From Eledone cirrhosa (Eukaryota): DNA of 64,000 nt. The notes below the pieces were generated by a model. That model was given only the letters and a program-made list of their open reading frames with translations. It searched no databases and was not told the origin of the DNA. The stretch covers positions 7,502,001 through 7,566,000 of the forward strand of contig OZ024744.1 in the NCBI GenBank assembly GCA_964016885.1, written 5' to 3'. Made by a program: the position numbers and the translations under genes. Each line of letters opens with the position of its first letter. Positions within the stretch are counted from its first letter, which is position 1. Below, one piece after another: positions 1 to 15,543 of the stretch.

Positions 1-33
<33 letters not shown>

Positions 34-44
34 GTATATATATA

Positions 45-137
<93 letters not shown>

Positions 138-174
138 AATATATATATACATATATAGACATATATATATGTAC

Positions 175-207
<33 letters not shown>

Positions 208-222
208 CATATACATATATAT
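1..222. repeat. (TA)n microsatellite
   Basis: Direct TA/TACA dinucleotide tract. Confidence 0.98.
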
Positions 223-499
223 CTATCTTTACTTCGGCCCTTGATAAACTTGTTTCTACATCATCCACTCTCATCCCGGGAACAGTTTTGATAGCGCTAG
301 TCTGTGATTTAAATTCAGGAATTTTATATTGTTTGAATGAAAAGAACCTTCTGACGAGAATCTTTCTTTGCAACGAAGGCCGTATGGTCTCCGTTTATTT
401 TTGGGATTCGAAACCGATCGGTAAAGGTAACTATAGTAGGTAAAGTCAATTTTTTTAAATTTATTTTGAAACTTTTTCATTATTTGCTAAACCTTGTTT
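223..499 (+). mobile_element. Family O PLE-type pLTR 3' fragment in (TA)n
   Basis: Unique segment between TA tracts with a complete hammerhead ~70 nt before its end. Confidence 0.65.
346..428 (+). ncRNA. Minimal type-I hammerhead ribozyme (family O)
   Basis: ACCTT-CTGACGA-GAATCT..GGATTC-GAAA-CCGATCGG-TA-AAGGT; stem I 5 bp, palindromic stem III. Confidence 0.88.
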
Positions 500-1402
<903 letters not shown>

Positions 1403-1967
1403 CGGACCAAATACGGACCCCGTCTAAACACTTCTCCCTAAGACGAACCCACAACATACACACGTCAACATACATACCTACATCAGCATACGTCCTACAT
1501 ACATCTCAATCCACATATAAACACAATGACATACGTAAACACACATGTTCTATGGTACAACACAAATATACACAAATTTGCATATCTTTTGATGTCTATA
1601 GATATAAACGTACCGACACACACACAGACATATACGCACACATGCATTGCACACTGATGGGCACATACATATTTGTACACAAGTATTCCAATACGGCAGG
1701 GCCTAATGGATTCCCCTTGCAGTACGTACAATCTGGACACTCACACACACATTGGTATTATGCCAATACTATATATCATTTCACACCTTTTATTATTAAG
1801 GTTGTTGATGTTCTATTGAGAGAATCGATTTTACTGAAAATATCGAATAGTGTACACCATTCTAACAAAAATAAATACTAACCCCCCCCCCACACACACA
1901 CACACGCATTCTCTCACACACAAACACACACACATATATATACACACACATACACACGCGTACATTA

Positions 1968-2093
1968 ACATACAAAGAGACATACACACACACACACACT
2001 TCTCCGTATAAGACAAGAGCTGAAAAAATATCTTTTAACATGTTAACATATCCCCCACACACTTACAGACACACTAACATACAAAGAGACATA

Positions 2094-2180
<87 letters not shown>

Positions 2181-2245
2181 CTCCGTATAAGACAAGAGCT
2201 GAAAAAATACCTCCTAACATGTTAAAATATCCCCCACACACGTAC
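1968..2245. repeat. Imperfect tandem duplication with internal (CA)n
   Basis: aacatacaaagagacatac..cttctccgtataagacaagagctgaaaaaata occurs twice. Confidence 0.8.
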
Positions 2246-2411
2246 AGACACATTCCTACTGACCATCCCTCTACCACGAATTACTCTGCTACACACACAC
2301 ACACACACACACATACACTTGTCTTAATAGGCATTTAAACTGTCAACAGGCTGCGGTTCGCACACACATCCCTGCTGACCATTATCACAACAACGAACCT
2401 CTTTACTACTA

Positions 2412-2513
<102 letters not shown>

Positions 2514-2943
2514 TTGTTGTGAAAGACTTATCTCTCAGTCAGCCGAGACAAACCTACATTTGGCGCAAAATCAATTTTTTACATTCACATGACCTCTACC
2601 GACCAATCAAAATTGTTTTGACCACAAGAGTTTTTGCAACACGAATTGGCGCAAAACTTATTTTAATACCGCTGGAGCCACTTTTTTCACATAAAAACAG
2701 GTAGAATTCCCAAAACTAATCCGATCAGCGCAAACATCACGGACGCTCTATCTCAAAATTATTTTCGAAAAGCATTAGAAATGCGCAACCGATAAAACTT
2801 AAAACAAAAACTTAATACTAACTAATACTATTAATAATTATCACTTATTCCTAATTAATCTATTTTTCAGTGTGAACAATTTGTCAGCATTTTCTATTCC
2901 GTTTACCAATATACATATATATATATATATATATACACACACA

Positions 2944-3035
<92 letters not shown>

Positions 3036-3074
3036 CATATATATACACACATATATATATACATATATATATAC

Positions 3075-3132
<58 letters not shown>

Positions 3133-3290
3133 ATACTTTTGGAGGGTCATGTTGCCAATAGGAAACACACGCACCAGTTGCTTTCACTTCAATTTATCAT
3201 ATATTTATAAATTTATAAATTTACAAATCTACAAACTTATACATTTCTGGTTGGTTGGTTGGTTCCACAACCAGATATTTGTTTATATAT

Positions 3291-3335
3291 AGTCATAGTC
3301 CTTTCGTCACACACTCTGTGACCTCTTCAGTGACT
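3291..3335 (-). ncRNA. Hammerhead-like ribozyme (family C)
   Basis: rc: AGTCA-CTGAAGA-G-GTCACA gagtg TGTGAC-GAAA-GGAC-TA-TGACT; one extra G before stem II. Confidence 0.75.
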
Positions 3336-3539
3336 GGGGATTCCTTTCTTTGTTTCTGTGCCTATCCTTTCTTCTGTCCTACGCCATTTTGTTTCTGTGT
3401 GTGTGTTGTGTGCTCAGTTTGCGCATGCGCCACATCCGGGTGTCTGTGTGTGTTTGTGTTCATTTATCTATTTGTTTATTTATTTACATGTTGTTGGTTG
3501 GTTTTTTGTTCTATGTGTGTGTGTGTTTTCATTTTGTCC

Positions 3540-3838
3540 TTAATTGTAAGTTTTGATGTTGCTGTTCCACTCATATTTTCTATTTAAGTTTGATTGTAAT
3601 TCTTGTATGCTTACTGCCTCTGTAATTTGCCTAAACATTGCATCTTTTCTGTGTGTGGATTCTATTTTTATTTCTATGTTCTCTAATTTACCCTTGTGTT
3701 CTATCTTAGCATGTTGGTAGAGTACAGATTATTCTTTATTATCTTGAAGGTCTCGCCAGTGTTCATTTATCCGTCCCCCTATACTACGAGCTGTCTCACC
3801 TATGTACACTATATTTTTGTTTCTACATTGTCCTTCAG
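3540..3838 (-). pseudogene. PLE GIY-YIG endonuclease C-terminal fragment (family C)
   Basis: Manual translation: [36 protein letters not shown], with frameshifts. Confidence 0.8.
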
Positions 3839-3930
3839 AGAATTAAGTCATCAAGAAAAACAAAATTAGAAAATATCGGTTTCAACACACGATTTCAGAT
3901 AAAGAATCTTGCTAAACAAATTCAGAAACG

Positions 3931-4100
<170 letters not shown>

Positions 4101-4154
4101 TATATACATATATATATATACACACATATATATATATATACATATATATATATA

Positions 4155-4197
<43 letters not shown>

Positions 4198-4299
4198 ATA
4201 CATATATATATATACACACACGTATATATATATATATATATATACATATATATACACATATATATATATACATATATATATATATACATATATATATAC

Positions 4300-4330
<31 letters not shown>

Positions 4331-4391
4331 CATATATATATAAAATAAAGTTAAATAAAAGTCAAATGATTAAAATTTAGCTTCGTTTATT

Positions 4392-4446
4392 ACTGCTATA
4401 TATATTTCAGTGACAGCCATCTTTGGCTGTGACCTCTTCAGGCAGT
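4392..4446 (-). ncRNA. Hammerhead (family A)
   Basis: Reverse complement of 4677-4731. Confidence 0.85.
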
Positions 4447-4676
4447 TTGAATTAGTATGGTATAGACAAGTACATATGTTATTTAGGTGTATGATATTGT
4501 CAATACTCTGATATGCCCAGTTCCTTGTTGGGTTGTTAATTCACTGGGGAACCGGAGTCATATGAATCCAGTTCCCCAGTGAATTAACAACCCAACAAGG
4601 AACTGGGCATATCAGAGTATTGACAATATCATACACCTAAATAACATATGTACTTGTCTATACCATACTAATTCAA

Positions 4677-4731
4677 ACTGCCTGAAGAGGTCACAGCCAA
4701 AGATGGCTGTCACTGAAATATATATAGCAGT
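4677..4731 (+). ncRNA. Hammerhead (family A)
   Basis: ACTGC-CTGAAGA-GGTCACAGCCA aaga TGGCTGTCACT-GAAA-TATATA-TA-GCAGT. Confidence 0.88.
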
Positions 4732-4910
4732 AATAAACGAAGCTAAATTTTAATCATTTGACTTTTATTTAACTTTATTTTACACTACTCCGGAGTAACC
4801 AAACCAACCTGCACACTTCGTCGAGTGCTCCAGCCTGCATACTGAGGTGTTGGTATACAACCAACATAAACTCAAAATCTATATATATGTATACACATAT
4901 ATATATATAC

Positions 4911-4941
<31 letters not shown>

Positions 4942-4956
4942 CATATATATATAAAC

Positions 4957-4993
<37 letters not shown>

Positions 4994-4996
4994 CAT

Positions 4997-5989
<993 letters not shown>

Positions 5990-6101
5990 GTATATGTGAA
6001 TATATATGTGAAGTAATTCCGTCAGAAAAGTCCAGGAAAAAGAGTGCTCTATGTAGGTAACAGAGCTTAATAGTTATGTAATAAACAACATAAGGCAATT
6101 A

Positions 6102-6161
6102 TTTCATTTTACCATGGTTTCTTAAAAGCCAAAAATGTTGCTTTCAATCATCAGAATGAAA
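6102..6161 (-). ncRNA. Hammerhead (family E)
   Basis: rc: TTTCATT-CTGATGA-TTGAAAGC..GCTTTTAA-GAAA-CCATGG-TA-aAATGAAA. Confidence 0.85.
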
Positions 6162-6271
6162 AAATCCTGGTCTGTTTATTGAATTTGGATTTTAAAAACA
6201 AAAATGCAATCTATATGAAAGTGAGGCTGGAGGAAGAAGAACGAAAGAAAAAATAAAATAAAAACACACAT

Positions 6272-6310
<39 letters not shown>

Positions 6311-6507
6311 CATACATACACACACATATATGTATACCTACACTCATACATACACACACACATTTACACATATATATGTGTATATAAATACACACATACA
6401 CATACATATATACATACATAGATACGCACATAAATATCAACACATCCATACATACACATACATATATACAATCACACACACATATATACGCACATAAATA
6501 TAAAGAA

Positions 6508-6568
<61 letters not shown>

Positions 6569-6631
6569 TACACATACATAGCCTTACACACATACATATA
6601 CATACATACATGCACACAATCATACCTATAT

Positions 6632-7722
6632 ATAATATCGGTTTATACCGTGATGACGGATTGGCAGTTTCTCATACCACCAACGGCCATAACCTTGATA
6701 AATTCCGTAAAGATTTAATCAATACTTTTGCTAATCTTAACCTTAAAATCACTATAGATACGAACCTTACCAATGCTAACTTTCTTGATATTAATCTTGA
6801 TCTACTTACCGCCTCTTTTAAACCTTATCATAAACCTAATGAAAATCTTAGGTATATACCCAAAGAGTCTTGCCATCCCCCTATAGTTTTTAATAATCTT
6901 ATTCCTAACATTAGCCGTAGGATTTCTACCTTATCTTCGTCTATAGACATTTTTAATAAAGCCGCCCCTTATTATAATAAAGCCCTTAAGAACAGCGGTT
7001 TTACAGAAACATTTTTTTATTTAACTACTCCCCCCCCCCTTCTAAAACTAACCACAATAACAGTAAAAGGAAAATTATTTGGTTTACATCCCCCTTCTCT
7101 CTAACTGTCAAAACTAATGTAGGAAGGAAATTCCTTGAACTCTTAGACAAACATGTTCCTCCTAATCATAGATATTATAAGATATTTAATAGGAACGTAG
7201 TTAAGATCAGTTACTCTTGTTGCCCATCTATGAAGTCCAAGATCACTAGTTCAAATCATACGAGAACAAATCCAGGATGCAGTTTCAGGAAGCCGGATGA
7301 ATGCCCATTGCAGGGTAAATGTAACACCAAATCTGTTGTTTATGAGGCTAAAATAAGACCGTTAATCAACAACCAGCCAGCCAGGAGTGAGCGATATGTC
7401 GGCATGACCCAGGACAGGTTTAAAACCAGATTTTACTCACATGTCGCTTCTTTTAAGCACTCCGATAAACGAACATCAACGGCCCTCGCAAGTAAGGTGT
7501 GGGAATTCAAGGATATTAACATACCGTACTCTATCGATTGGTCTATCTAAGACCATTCGAGGGAGTACCAAAGGGGCACAAAAAATTGTTCTTTGTTTTA
7601 CCACAGAAAAATATAGGATTTTGCTAAACTTGAGAGCCACTTCTGCTTGCCTAAACTCAAAGACCGAGATCTTCAGATGTTGTCCTCATCTGAAATCACA
7701 TTTGATCTGTAACTGGATTGAC
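6632..7722 (+). pseudogene. Naiad-type PLE RT C-terminus plus GIY-YIG endonuclease, frameshifted
   Basis: [56 protein letters not shown]. Confidence 0.92.
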
Positions 7723-7962
7723 ACTCCTATGATAAATCAACCGCCTGGAACTCCTTCTCTACTCTTTACTTTTATACGGTTTTTTTATTTGCTGAATCCA
7801 CGTTCTGTATTCTTATATTCTTTTTCTCCCTTATCTCCCCTTATATTTCACCTTTTCCTATGTCTTCTTTACCCCGCCCCCATATATTCTTTTTGCCTTA
7901 CTCTTCATTTACCAAAATGTATGTGTATGTATGTGTAAGTGTGTATATATGTATATATATAT

Positions 7963-8078
<116 letters not shown>

Positions 8079-8095
8079 GTAGATAGACCGGGGTT

Positions 8096-8156
8096 TTTCA
8101 TTCTGATGATTGAAGGCAAAATTCTTTTGCTTTTAAGAAACCGCTGGTGAATGGAA
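8096..8156 (+). ncRNA. Hammerhead (family E variant)
   Basis: TTTCATT-CTGATGA-TTGAAGGCAAAA ttc TTTTGCTTTTAA-GAAA-CCGCTGG-TG-AATGGAA; cleavage-site base is G, so probably inactive. Confidence 0.7.
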
Positions 8157-8340
8157 TAATTGCCTTATGTTGTTTATTACATTACTATATATATGTATAT
8201 GTATATTTTGGAGTTATATAAGGTTCTTATGAATTATCTAAGATTGAGTTTTACACACACACATATATATATAAGTATATATATATATATAAAATAAAGT
8301 TAAATAAAAGTCAAATGATTAAAATTTAGCTTCGTTTATT

Positions 8341-8395
8341 ACTGCTATATATATTTCAGTGACAGCCATCTTTGGCTGTGACCTCTTCAGGCAGT
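8341..8395 (-). ncRNA. Hammerhead (family A)
   Basis: Same motif as 4392-4446. Confidence 0.85.
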
Positions 8396-8611
8396 TTGAA
8401 TTAGTATGGTATAGACAAGTACATATGTTGTTTAGGTGTATAATATTGTCAATACTCTGATATGCCCAGTTCCTTGTTGGGTTGTTAATTCACTGAGGAA
8501 CTGCAGTTCCTCAGTGAATTAACAACCCAACAAGGAACTGGGCATATCAGAGTATTGACAATATTATACACCTAAACAACATATGTACTTGTCTATACCA
8601 TACTAATTCAA

Positions 8612-8666
8612 ACTGCCTGAAGAGGTCACAGCCAAAGATGGCTGTCACTGAAATATATATAGCAGT
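8612..8666 (+). ncRNA. Hammerhead (family A)
   Basis: Same motif as 4677-4731. Confidence 0.85.
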
Positions 8667-8826
8667 AATAAACGAAGCTAAATTTTAAACATTTGACTTT
8701 TATTTCACTTTATTTTACACTACACCGGAGTAACCAAACCAACCTGCGCACTTCGTCGAGTGCTCCAGGCTGCATACTGAGGTGTTGGTATACAACCAAA
8801 ATAAACTCAAAATCTATATATATATA

Positions 8827-8898
<72 letters not shown>

Positions 8899-9013
8899 TA
8901 TTTGGTTGTGCGTGTTTGTGATATGTACGTATTTGTATGTGTAAAATTGTATAGCTATGTATGTACGTGTGTGTGTATGTATATATATATGTGTGTATAT
9001 GTGTGTGTGTATT

Positions 9014-9066
<53 letters not shown>

Positions 9067-9702
9067 GTATATGTGTGTGTATATATGTATATGTGTGTGT
9101 ATGTGTGTTTGTGTATGTATTTGTGTATGCGTATGTATGTGTTTATGTATTTGTATATGTATATTTATGTGTGAGAGTGTGTGTATGTATTTACTTTTTC
9201 GTGCGTATGTGTACGTGCATTTGTGTGTATTGCTTACCACGCGTGTTTGTTCATTTATTCGTCGCCTGTATCGCTGTCAACTGTATAATAGTCTTTATTA
9301 TTTTATTTTTTATATATATTTTTTCTTATATTTATTTGCGTGTGTTAATATGTAGAGGAGTGTGTATATTTTTCTAATTTTGTACATGCATATATATGCA
9401 TTTATGTATGTGTATGTATGTACGTGTGTATATAGGTATGATTGTGTGCATGTATGTATGTATGTATGTATATGTATGTGTGTATGGCTATGTATGTGTA
9501 TGTGTATGCATATATATATATATATATATAATAAAGAATTCATATCTAGTAACATATATATACATACAGATGCATATCAATGCTAGCAAATATATAGGTT
9601 TTGTCTTAATAACAGTGTGGTTCAATGCATGGGGTTGCAGAACAATAATATAAGAGACGTAAAATAAGAAAATTATAAAATTAACTTACTTACTAAAATA
9701 TC

Positions 9703-9785
9703 ACTTCCAACTAATTAGTTTCTGGAATGGAGTAAATATATTTTCCGAAGAATAATATGGAGAAGCATTCCGTCGTCAGGAAAGT
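9703..9785 (-). ncRNA. Hammerhead (family F)
   Basis: Reverse complement of 10289-10371. Confidence 0.82.
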
Positions 9786-10288
9786 CTATTCACATGTAAG
9801 TTTCCAGGCAAAGCGAGGACACTGGAAACTTATTAAAAAATAATTCAGTGGATAGGAAATAGCGAAGCGTGGACTGAATTCCAAGCCATTGAGAAAATCA
9901 CTGCCTCTACGTCTGTGGCAAATTCAAAAAGAATCGAACACGTGACATCGAGGTCAATCAGTGGAAAGTGGTTTGTTAATAAGACAGCGGCCTGCCTACA
10001 ACCTAGATATGAATTCTTTATTATTATCTCCAAATTATTTGTCGAGCAATATTGGCCATGACTGCTGCTACGGTTGTAGGCAGGCCGCTTCTTATTAACA
10101 AACCACTTTCCACTGATTGACCTCGATGTCACGTGTTCGATTCTTTTTGAATTTGCCACAGACTTAGAGGCAGTGATTTTCTCAATGGCTTGGAATTCAG
10201 TCCACGCTTCGCTATTTCCTATCCACTGAATTATTTTTTAATAAGTTTTCAGTGTCCTCGCTTTGCCTGGAAACTTACATGAGAATAG

Positions 10289-10371
10289 ACTTTCCTGACG
10301 ACGGAATGCTTCTCCATATTATTTTTCGGAAAATATATTTACTCCATTCCAGAAACTAATTAGTTGGAAGT
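10289..10371 (+). ncRNA. Hammerhead (family F)
   Basis: ACTTTC-CTGACGA-CGGAATG..CATTCCA-GAAA-CTAATTAG-TT-GGAAGT. Confidence 0.85.
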
Positions 10372-10811
10372 GATATTTTAGTAAGTAAGTTAATTTTATA
10401 ATTTTCTTATTTTACGTCTCTTATATTATTGTTCTGCAACCCCATGCATTGAAACACACTGTTATTAAGACAAAACCTATATATTTGCTAGCATTGATAT
10501 GCATCTGTATGTATATATATGTTACTAGATATGAATTCTTTATTATTATCTCCAAATTATTTGTCGAGCAATATTGGCCATGACTGCTGCTACGGTTGTA
10601 GGCAGGCCGCTGTCTTATTAACAAACCACTTTCCACCGATTGACCTCGATGTCACGTGTTCGATTCTTTTTGAATTTGCCACAGACATAGAGGCAGTGAT
10701 TTTCTCAATGGCTTGGAATTCAGTCCACGCTTCGCTATTTCCTATCCACTGAATTATTTTTTAATAAGTTTCCAGTGTCCTCGCTTTGCCTGGAAACTTA
10801 CATGAGAATAG

Positions 10812-10894
10812 ACTTTCCTGACGATGGAATGCTTCTCCATATTATTCCTCGGAAAATATATTTACTCCATTCCAGAAACTAATTAGTTGGAAGT
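10812..10894 (+). ncRNA. Hammerhead (family F)
   Basis: As above, with perfect stem II TGGAATG/CATTCCA. Confidence 0.87.
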
Positions 10895-11201
10895 GATATT
10901 TTAGTAAGTAAGTTAATTTTATAATTTTCTTATTTTACGTCTCTTATATATATATATATATAATATATTTAATATATTATATATATATATATAATTTATA
11001 TATTATATTTCTGTATATAATATAAATATATATTTATATTTCTGTATATATATGTGCGTATATGTGTGTGTGCTTGTATATATGTATTTGTATGTATGGA
11101 TGTGTTGATATTTATGTGCGTATGTATGTGTATATGTATGTGTATGTGTGTATCTATATACACATATATATGTGTATATGTGTGTGTGTATGTATGAGTG
11201 T

Positions 11202-11265
<64 letters not shown>

Positions 11266-11406
11266 ATGTATGCTTTTGTGTGTGTGTGTGTTTGCATGTG
11301 TGTTTTTATTTTATTCTTCCTTTCCTTCTTCTTCCTCCAGCCTCAGTTTCATATAGATTGTATTTTTGTTTTTAAAATCCAAATTCAATAAACAGACCAG
11401 CATTTT

Positions 11407-11465
11407 TTGATTCTGATGATTGAAAGCAAAATCTTTTACTTTTAAGAAACCACTGGTAAATGGAA
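11407..11465 (+). ncRNA. Hammerhead (family E)
   Basis: ATT-CTGATGA-TTGAAAGCAAA..TTTACTTTTAA-GAAA-CCACTGG-TA-AATGGAA. Confidence 0.78.
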
Positions 11466-11505
11466 TAATTGCCTTATGTTGTTTACTACATAACTATATA
11501 TATAT

Positions 11506-11755
<250 letters not shown>

Positions 11756-11769
11756 AGGTGGATTGGCAG

Positions 11770-11842
<73 letters not shown>

Positions 11843-11847
<5 letters not shown>

Positions 11848-11997
11848 AGGTGGATTGGCAGTATCTGTAGAGGGTCAGACGCCATGCTTTCCACCATAGT
11901 TACGTCCCTTTACGATCTGAGTTCAAATCCCGCGGCGGTTGACTTTGCCTTTCATCATTACGGGGTCGATAGAATAAAGTACCAGTAATGCACTGGG
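11843..11997 (+). mobile_element. tRNA-derived SINE
   Basis: B-box GAGTTCAAATCC then gactttgcctttcatc..ggggtcgata..aagtaccagt; related copies elsewhere in the window. Confidence 0.8.
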
Positions 11998-12689
11998 TAA
12001 TTGGTGGCCTTATGGCTAAAGTAGAAACAATTATTATTATTATTAGAAAGTGAGGTTTTTTTACAACCGAGGTGTCCTACACGGGTAAAAGTATAAAGAG
12101 AAAAAAGATGAATTCGAAAATGCAACTGGAGACTTTTTTTTATAAAAAATATATATTTATTTGGTTCCTTTACCGGTTTCGCAGTTCTGCTTTTCAAAAG
12201 TAGAACTGAGATGGAGGGTTTCTGTTTTTTCTCACAACTGGTTGGTCTTTGAATGTTTTATATGGAAAAAAGTGGCTCGAAATGCCAGGTTTTTAGAGAA
12301 GTAATTTGGTTGGTTGGTCAATAATTATAATACATTTCGCGCCAGTTCGCGTTACAAATAACGTATATATCAATAAAAAGAATGTATTAAAGTGTACTAA
12401 CCATTCGATTATAACTATAACTACAACATGTATTCTTCCCTTTTTATAACGTAAAATACTCTAGTTTGAGAATGTCCGTGTGTATTGTTATAATTAGATG
12501 GTTAGTACTCTTTCATATATTCTTTGTATTACCCGTTCCTTCCGTAGACAATATGGTCGTCACTCTGGTGAGATATCTCTATATGTACTTCTCTCTATAT
12601 ACTGACATATACTGACATAATCTTTCACTATATATATAGAAATATGTGCAATACCCCGAGGAGCATCTGTGGCGAACATATGTGTATTC

Positions 12690-13030
12690 ATGGTCCCGTA
12701 ACTCCTGATAGAGTGGTAAGGGTGCCGTATTGACATGGTGTTTCTTGGGTATTTTAAGCCTGGTGGAGTCCATCCCTCTCCAGGCCTGGGTATAACAGAT
12801 TTCTTCCAGAGAAAGATAGACAGTGAGAGAGGGGGGGGGGGGTGAGAAAGAGATATAGAGGAAGAATCAACCCCACTACTAGACTGGTACTTTTTTATCG
12901 ATTCAACATTAAAGATTAAGTATGAAAAGCAAAGTTAACCTCAGCAGGATTTGAACTCAGAGAGCAAAGAGCCGGAACGAATATCACAAAGCATTCTATC
13001 TGACGTTCTAACGACTCTGCCAATTCACCG
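12690..13030 (-). mobile_element. tRNA-derived SINE with 3' extension
   Basis: ggatttgaactc (rc of B-box); collinear with 50403-50718. Confidence 0.7.
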
Positions 13031-13666
13031 TCTGACAAACATATATTATTAGATAAATCATGGATCAAAATAGCTATAATTTCGTATGAGAAGAACCGAA
13101 GGCATATGCTATTTGCAATACCAGTCAGAAAATCAATCTGTTTATCAATTTATTTTACTTTCTTATACGAAACCAATTTAAGCAAAATGACATAAATTTT
13201 TTATTTGTATTTTGTTTTCTAGAAAAAAAGGAAAATCATTACATTGAAAAGTATCTGTAGTAGGATCTATTTAAAGATTTATTATAAACATCTGCGATGT
13301 CACATACGTTTTATCTAAAATGGATTAGCGAGGAATAGACAAAACGAAATTTGAAGGACGTAAAGATGTTCTAAAAACAGAAATGGAAATGTAGTATAGA
13401 CATTGAAAGAGATGCAGGAAAATAGCCAATCTTATATCTAAAGAACGTAGATATACTTGTTAAAAAAAAGAATATTCCAGGTGTGTATAAAAAAGGATAA
13501 TACACAATGTCGATACACACACCGACCCGTATATATATATATGATATGATATGCAGATCTGACTGATCAGCCAGTCTGCTAATATGCAAATCAGGCCAAT
13601 CAGTCACTGTATATGTTAGAAAATAACATATATTCCACTAGCTCTGACAGTTGGCAGCTAAGCAGT

Positions 13667-13717
13667 GAACTGCACTGATGAAGGGTAATCGCCCAGAAAC
13701 ATTAGTGTCTGCAGTTC
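13667..13717 (+). ncRNA. Hammerhead (family P)
   Basis: GAACTGCA-CTGATGA-aGGGT aatc GCCCa-GAAA-CATTAGTG-TC-TGCAGTTC; 8-bp stem I, GUC site; ~55 nt upstream of (TA)n. Confidence 0.88.
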
Positions 13718-13774
13718 TGTTTACATCATTGCAAACGAATCGAATATTATTATTAATATTCGAAAAATTCAGAT

Positions 13775-14040
<266 letters not shown>

Positions 14041-14052
14041 ACTAAGGCATGT

Positions 14053-14442
14053 GGAGGCACATGGCTTAGTGGTTAGAGCATTGGCCTTGCAATCGAAAGG
14101 CTGTGAGTTCAATTCTCAGACCAGGTGATGTGTTGTTTCCTTGAGCAAGACACTTTATTTCACATTGCTCCAGTTTACTCAGCTGTAGAAATGAGATGAT
14201 AGGGACTGGGGTCCCTATCATTCCATTGCAAAGTGGTCGTGTAGGTGCCACGGCAAGAATGCACCCAGCCCACAGTGTTAAGTGGACGTGGAGGTGCCAC
14301 GGCAAAAAAGCATCCAGCACACACTGTAAATGAGGTTGGTGTTAGGAAGCGCATCAAGCTGTGGAAATCAAGCCAGAATCAGTTCCCGTCCCACCCTTGC
14401 AAGCAGGGAAAAGCGGACGTAAAATGAAATGATGAATGATGA
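14053..14442 (+). mobile_element. tRNA-derived CORE-like SINE
   Basis: A-box TGGCTTAGTGG, B-box GAGTTCAATTC, tccttgagcaagacact core-like segment, (ATGA)-like tail. Confidence 0.8.
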
Positions 14443-14452
14443 AATAATATAT

Positions 14453-14514
<62 letters not shown>

Positions 14515-14607
14515 GAAGTAATTCCGTCGGAAAGGTACAGGAAAAAAGAGTGCTCTATGTAGGTTACATAGTTTATTAGTTATAAATAAACAACATAAGA
14601 TAATTAT

Positions 14608-14665
14608 TTCATTTACCAGTGGTTTCTTGGAAGCAAATAAATCTGCTTTCAGTCGTCAGAATGAA
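14608..14665 (-). ncRNA. Hammerhead (family E)
   Basis: rc: TTCATT-CTGACGA-CTGAAAGCAG..TTGCTTCCAA-GAAA-CCACTGG-TA-AATGAA. Confidence 0.75.
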
Positions 14666-14757
14666 TAAAAACATGGTGTTTTTATTAAATGTGAACAAAT
14701 GAAAACAAAAATATAAGAAATATGAAATCCACATTTAATAAAAACACCGTGTTTTTA

Positions 14758-14815
14758 TTCATTCTGACTACTAAAAGCAGATTTATTTGCTTTCAAGAAA
14801 CCACTGGTAAATGAA
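14758..14815 (+). ncRNA. Decayed hammerhead (family E)
   Basis: Core mutated to CTGACTA; the rest is intact. Confidence 0.6.
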
Positions 14816-14841
14816 ATAATTATCTTATGTTGTTTATTACA

Positions 14842-14885
<44 letters not shown>

Positions 14886-15101
14886 TGTAATAAACAACAT
14901 AAGATAATTATTTCATTATATATATAAAGTGAAAAACATAAAAGGGAAAAAAAATATTTCTCTTCCTAATTATCGGCTTTTTCTCCCTATTTTCATATAT
15001 ATATATACATATATAATAGTTAAAACAAAAAACAAAAACAAAGCGAAGAGTGCAGCACAAAGTGTTAGTATTAGGTTCATGCTTGAGAGTGGGAGGTGGA
15101 G

Positions 15102-15132
15102 GACAGCGTTTCGGGAATAAGCCCTTCATCAG
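15102..15132 (-). ncRNA. Hammerhead-core-like motif (family H), no clear stem I
   Basis: rc: CTGATGA-AGGG cttatt CCC-GAAA-CGCT-GTC; flanks do not pair. Confidence 0.4.
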
Positions 15133-15226
15133 GAGAAAAGTTGGCAGGAAAAGAGTTCCGAGGGTGGAAGGTTGGGGAGGGAAAAAAATTAAAAAGAGGG
15201 TAAAAAAATTAAAATCACAACGACTT

Positions 15227-15259
<33 letters not shown>

Positions 15260-15261
<2 letters not shown>

Positions 15262-15464
15262 CGAAAGAAATGTGGTAAGGAACCAGGTGGACCATAACGC
15301 ACCAAAGTACTCAATACTTAGGGTAGTAGAGTGGGTAATAGGACAGAGTAGGACCCCGATGGGTGAGCTCAAGCCGTTTCGACGGCTAATTCTGGAATAA
15401 TTCAGTCCAGAATTAGCCGTCGAAACGGCTTGAGCTCAGCCGTCGGGGTCCTACTCGTTCCTAT
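15260..15464. mobile_element. Family B mini fold-back element
   Basis: Tail+arm (-) then short arm (+) ending gttcctat; five copies in the window. Confidence 0.88.
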
Positions 15465-15543
15465 ATATATATTGCAAGTGGCTTTGATTTCGAAGTTTCG
15501 AGTTAATCATATTATCTGGAGTCTGTAAACTCTTGTACGTCAG

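Larger units (their letters stand above)
4341..4879. mobile_element. Family A non-coding fold-back element, copy 1
   Basis: ~220-bp near-perfect palindrome centred ~4561 plus ~95-nt tail on the right; TA flanks. Confidence 0.9.
8290..8814. mobile_element. Family A fold-back element, copy 2
   Basis: Palindrome centred on ctgcag ~8503 plus the same tail as copy 1. Confidence 0.9.
9530..10945. mobile_element. Family F retrozyme-like element: ~522-bp unit, 1.8 tandem copies (+) and one inverted partial copy (-)
   Basis: ctagatatgaattc at 10003 and 10525; inverted arm 9530-10002; one hammerhead per unit. Confidence 0.88.
14514..14848. mobile_element. Family E short fold-back insertion (tail on the left)
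   Basis: Inverted arms ~14575-14695 and ~14730-14848. Confidence 0.85.

Noticed and set aside
4341-4782. Palindromes as MITE/TIR DNA transposons or pre-miRNAs
   Set aside because: The asymmetric tail, embedded hammerheads, variable apex and continuity with PLE ORFs in families C, D, E and I fit retroelement fold-backs better.
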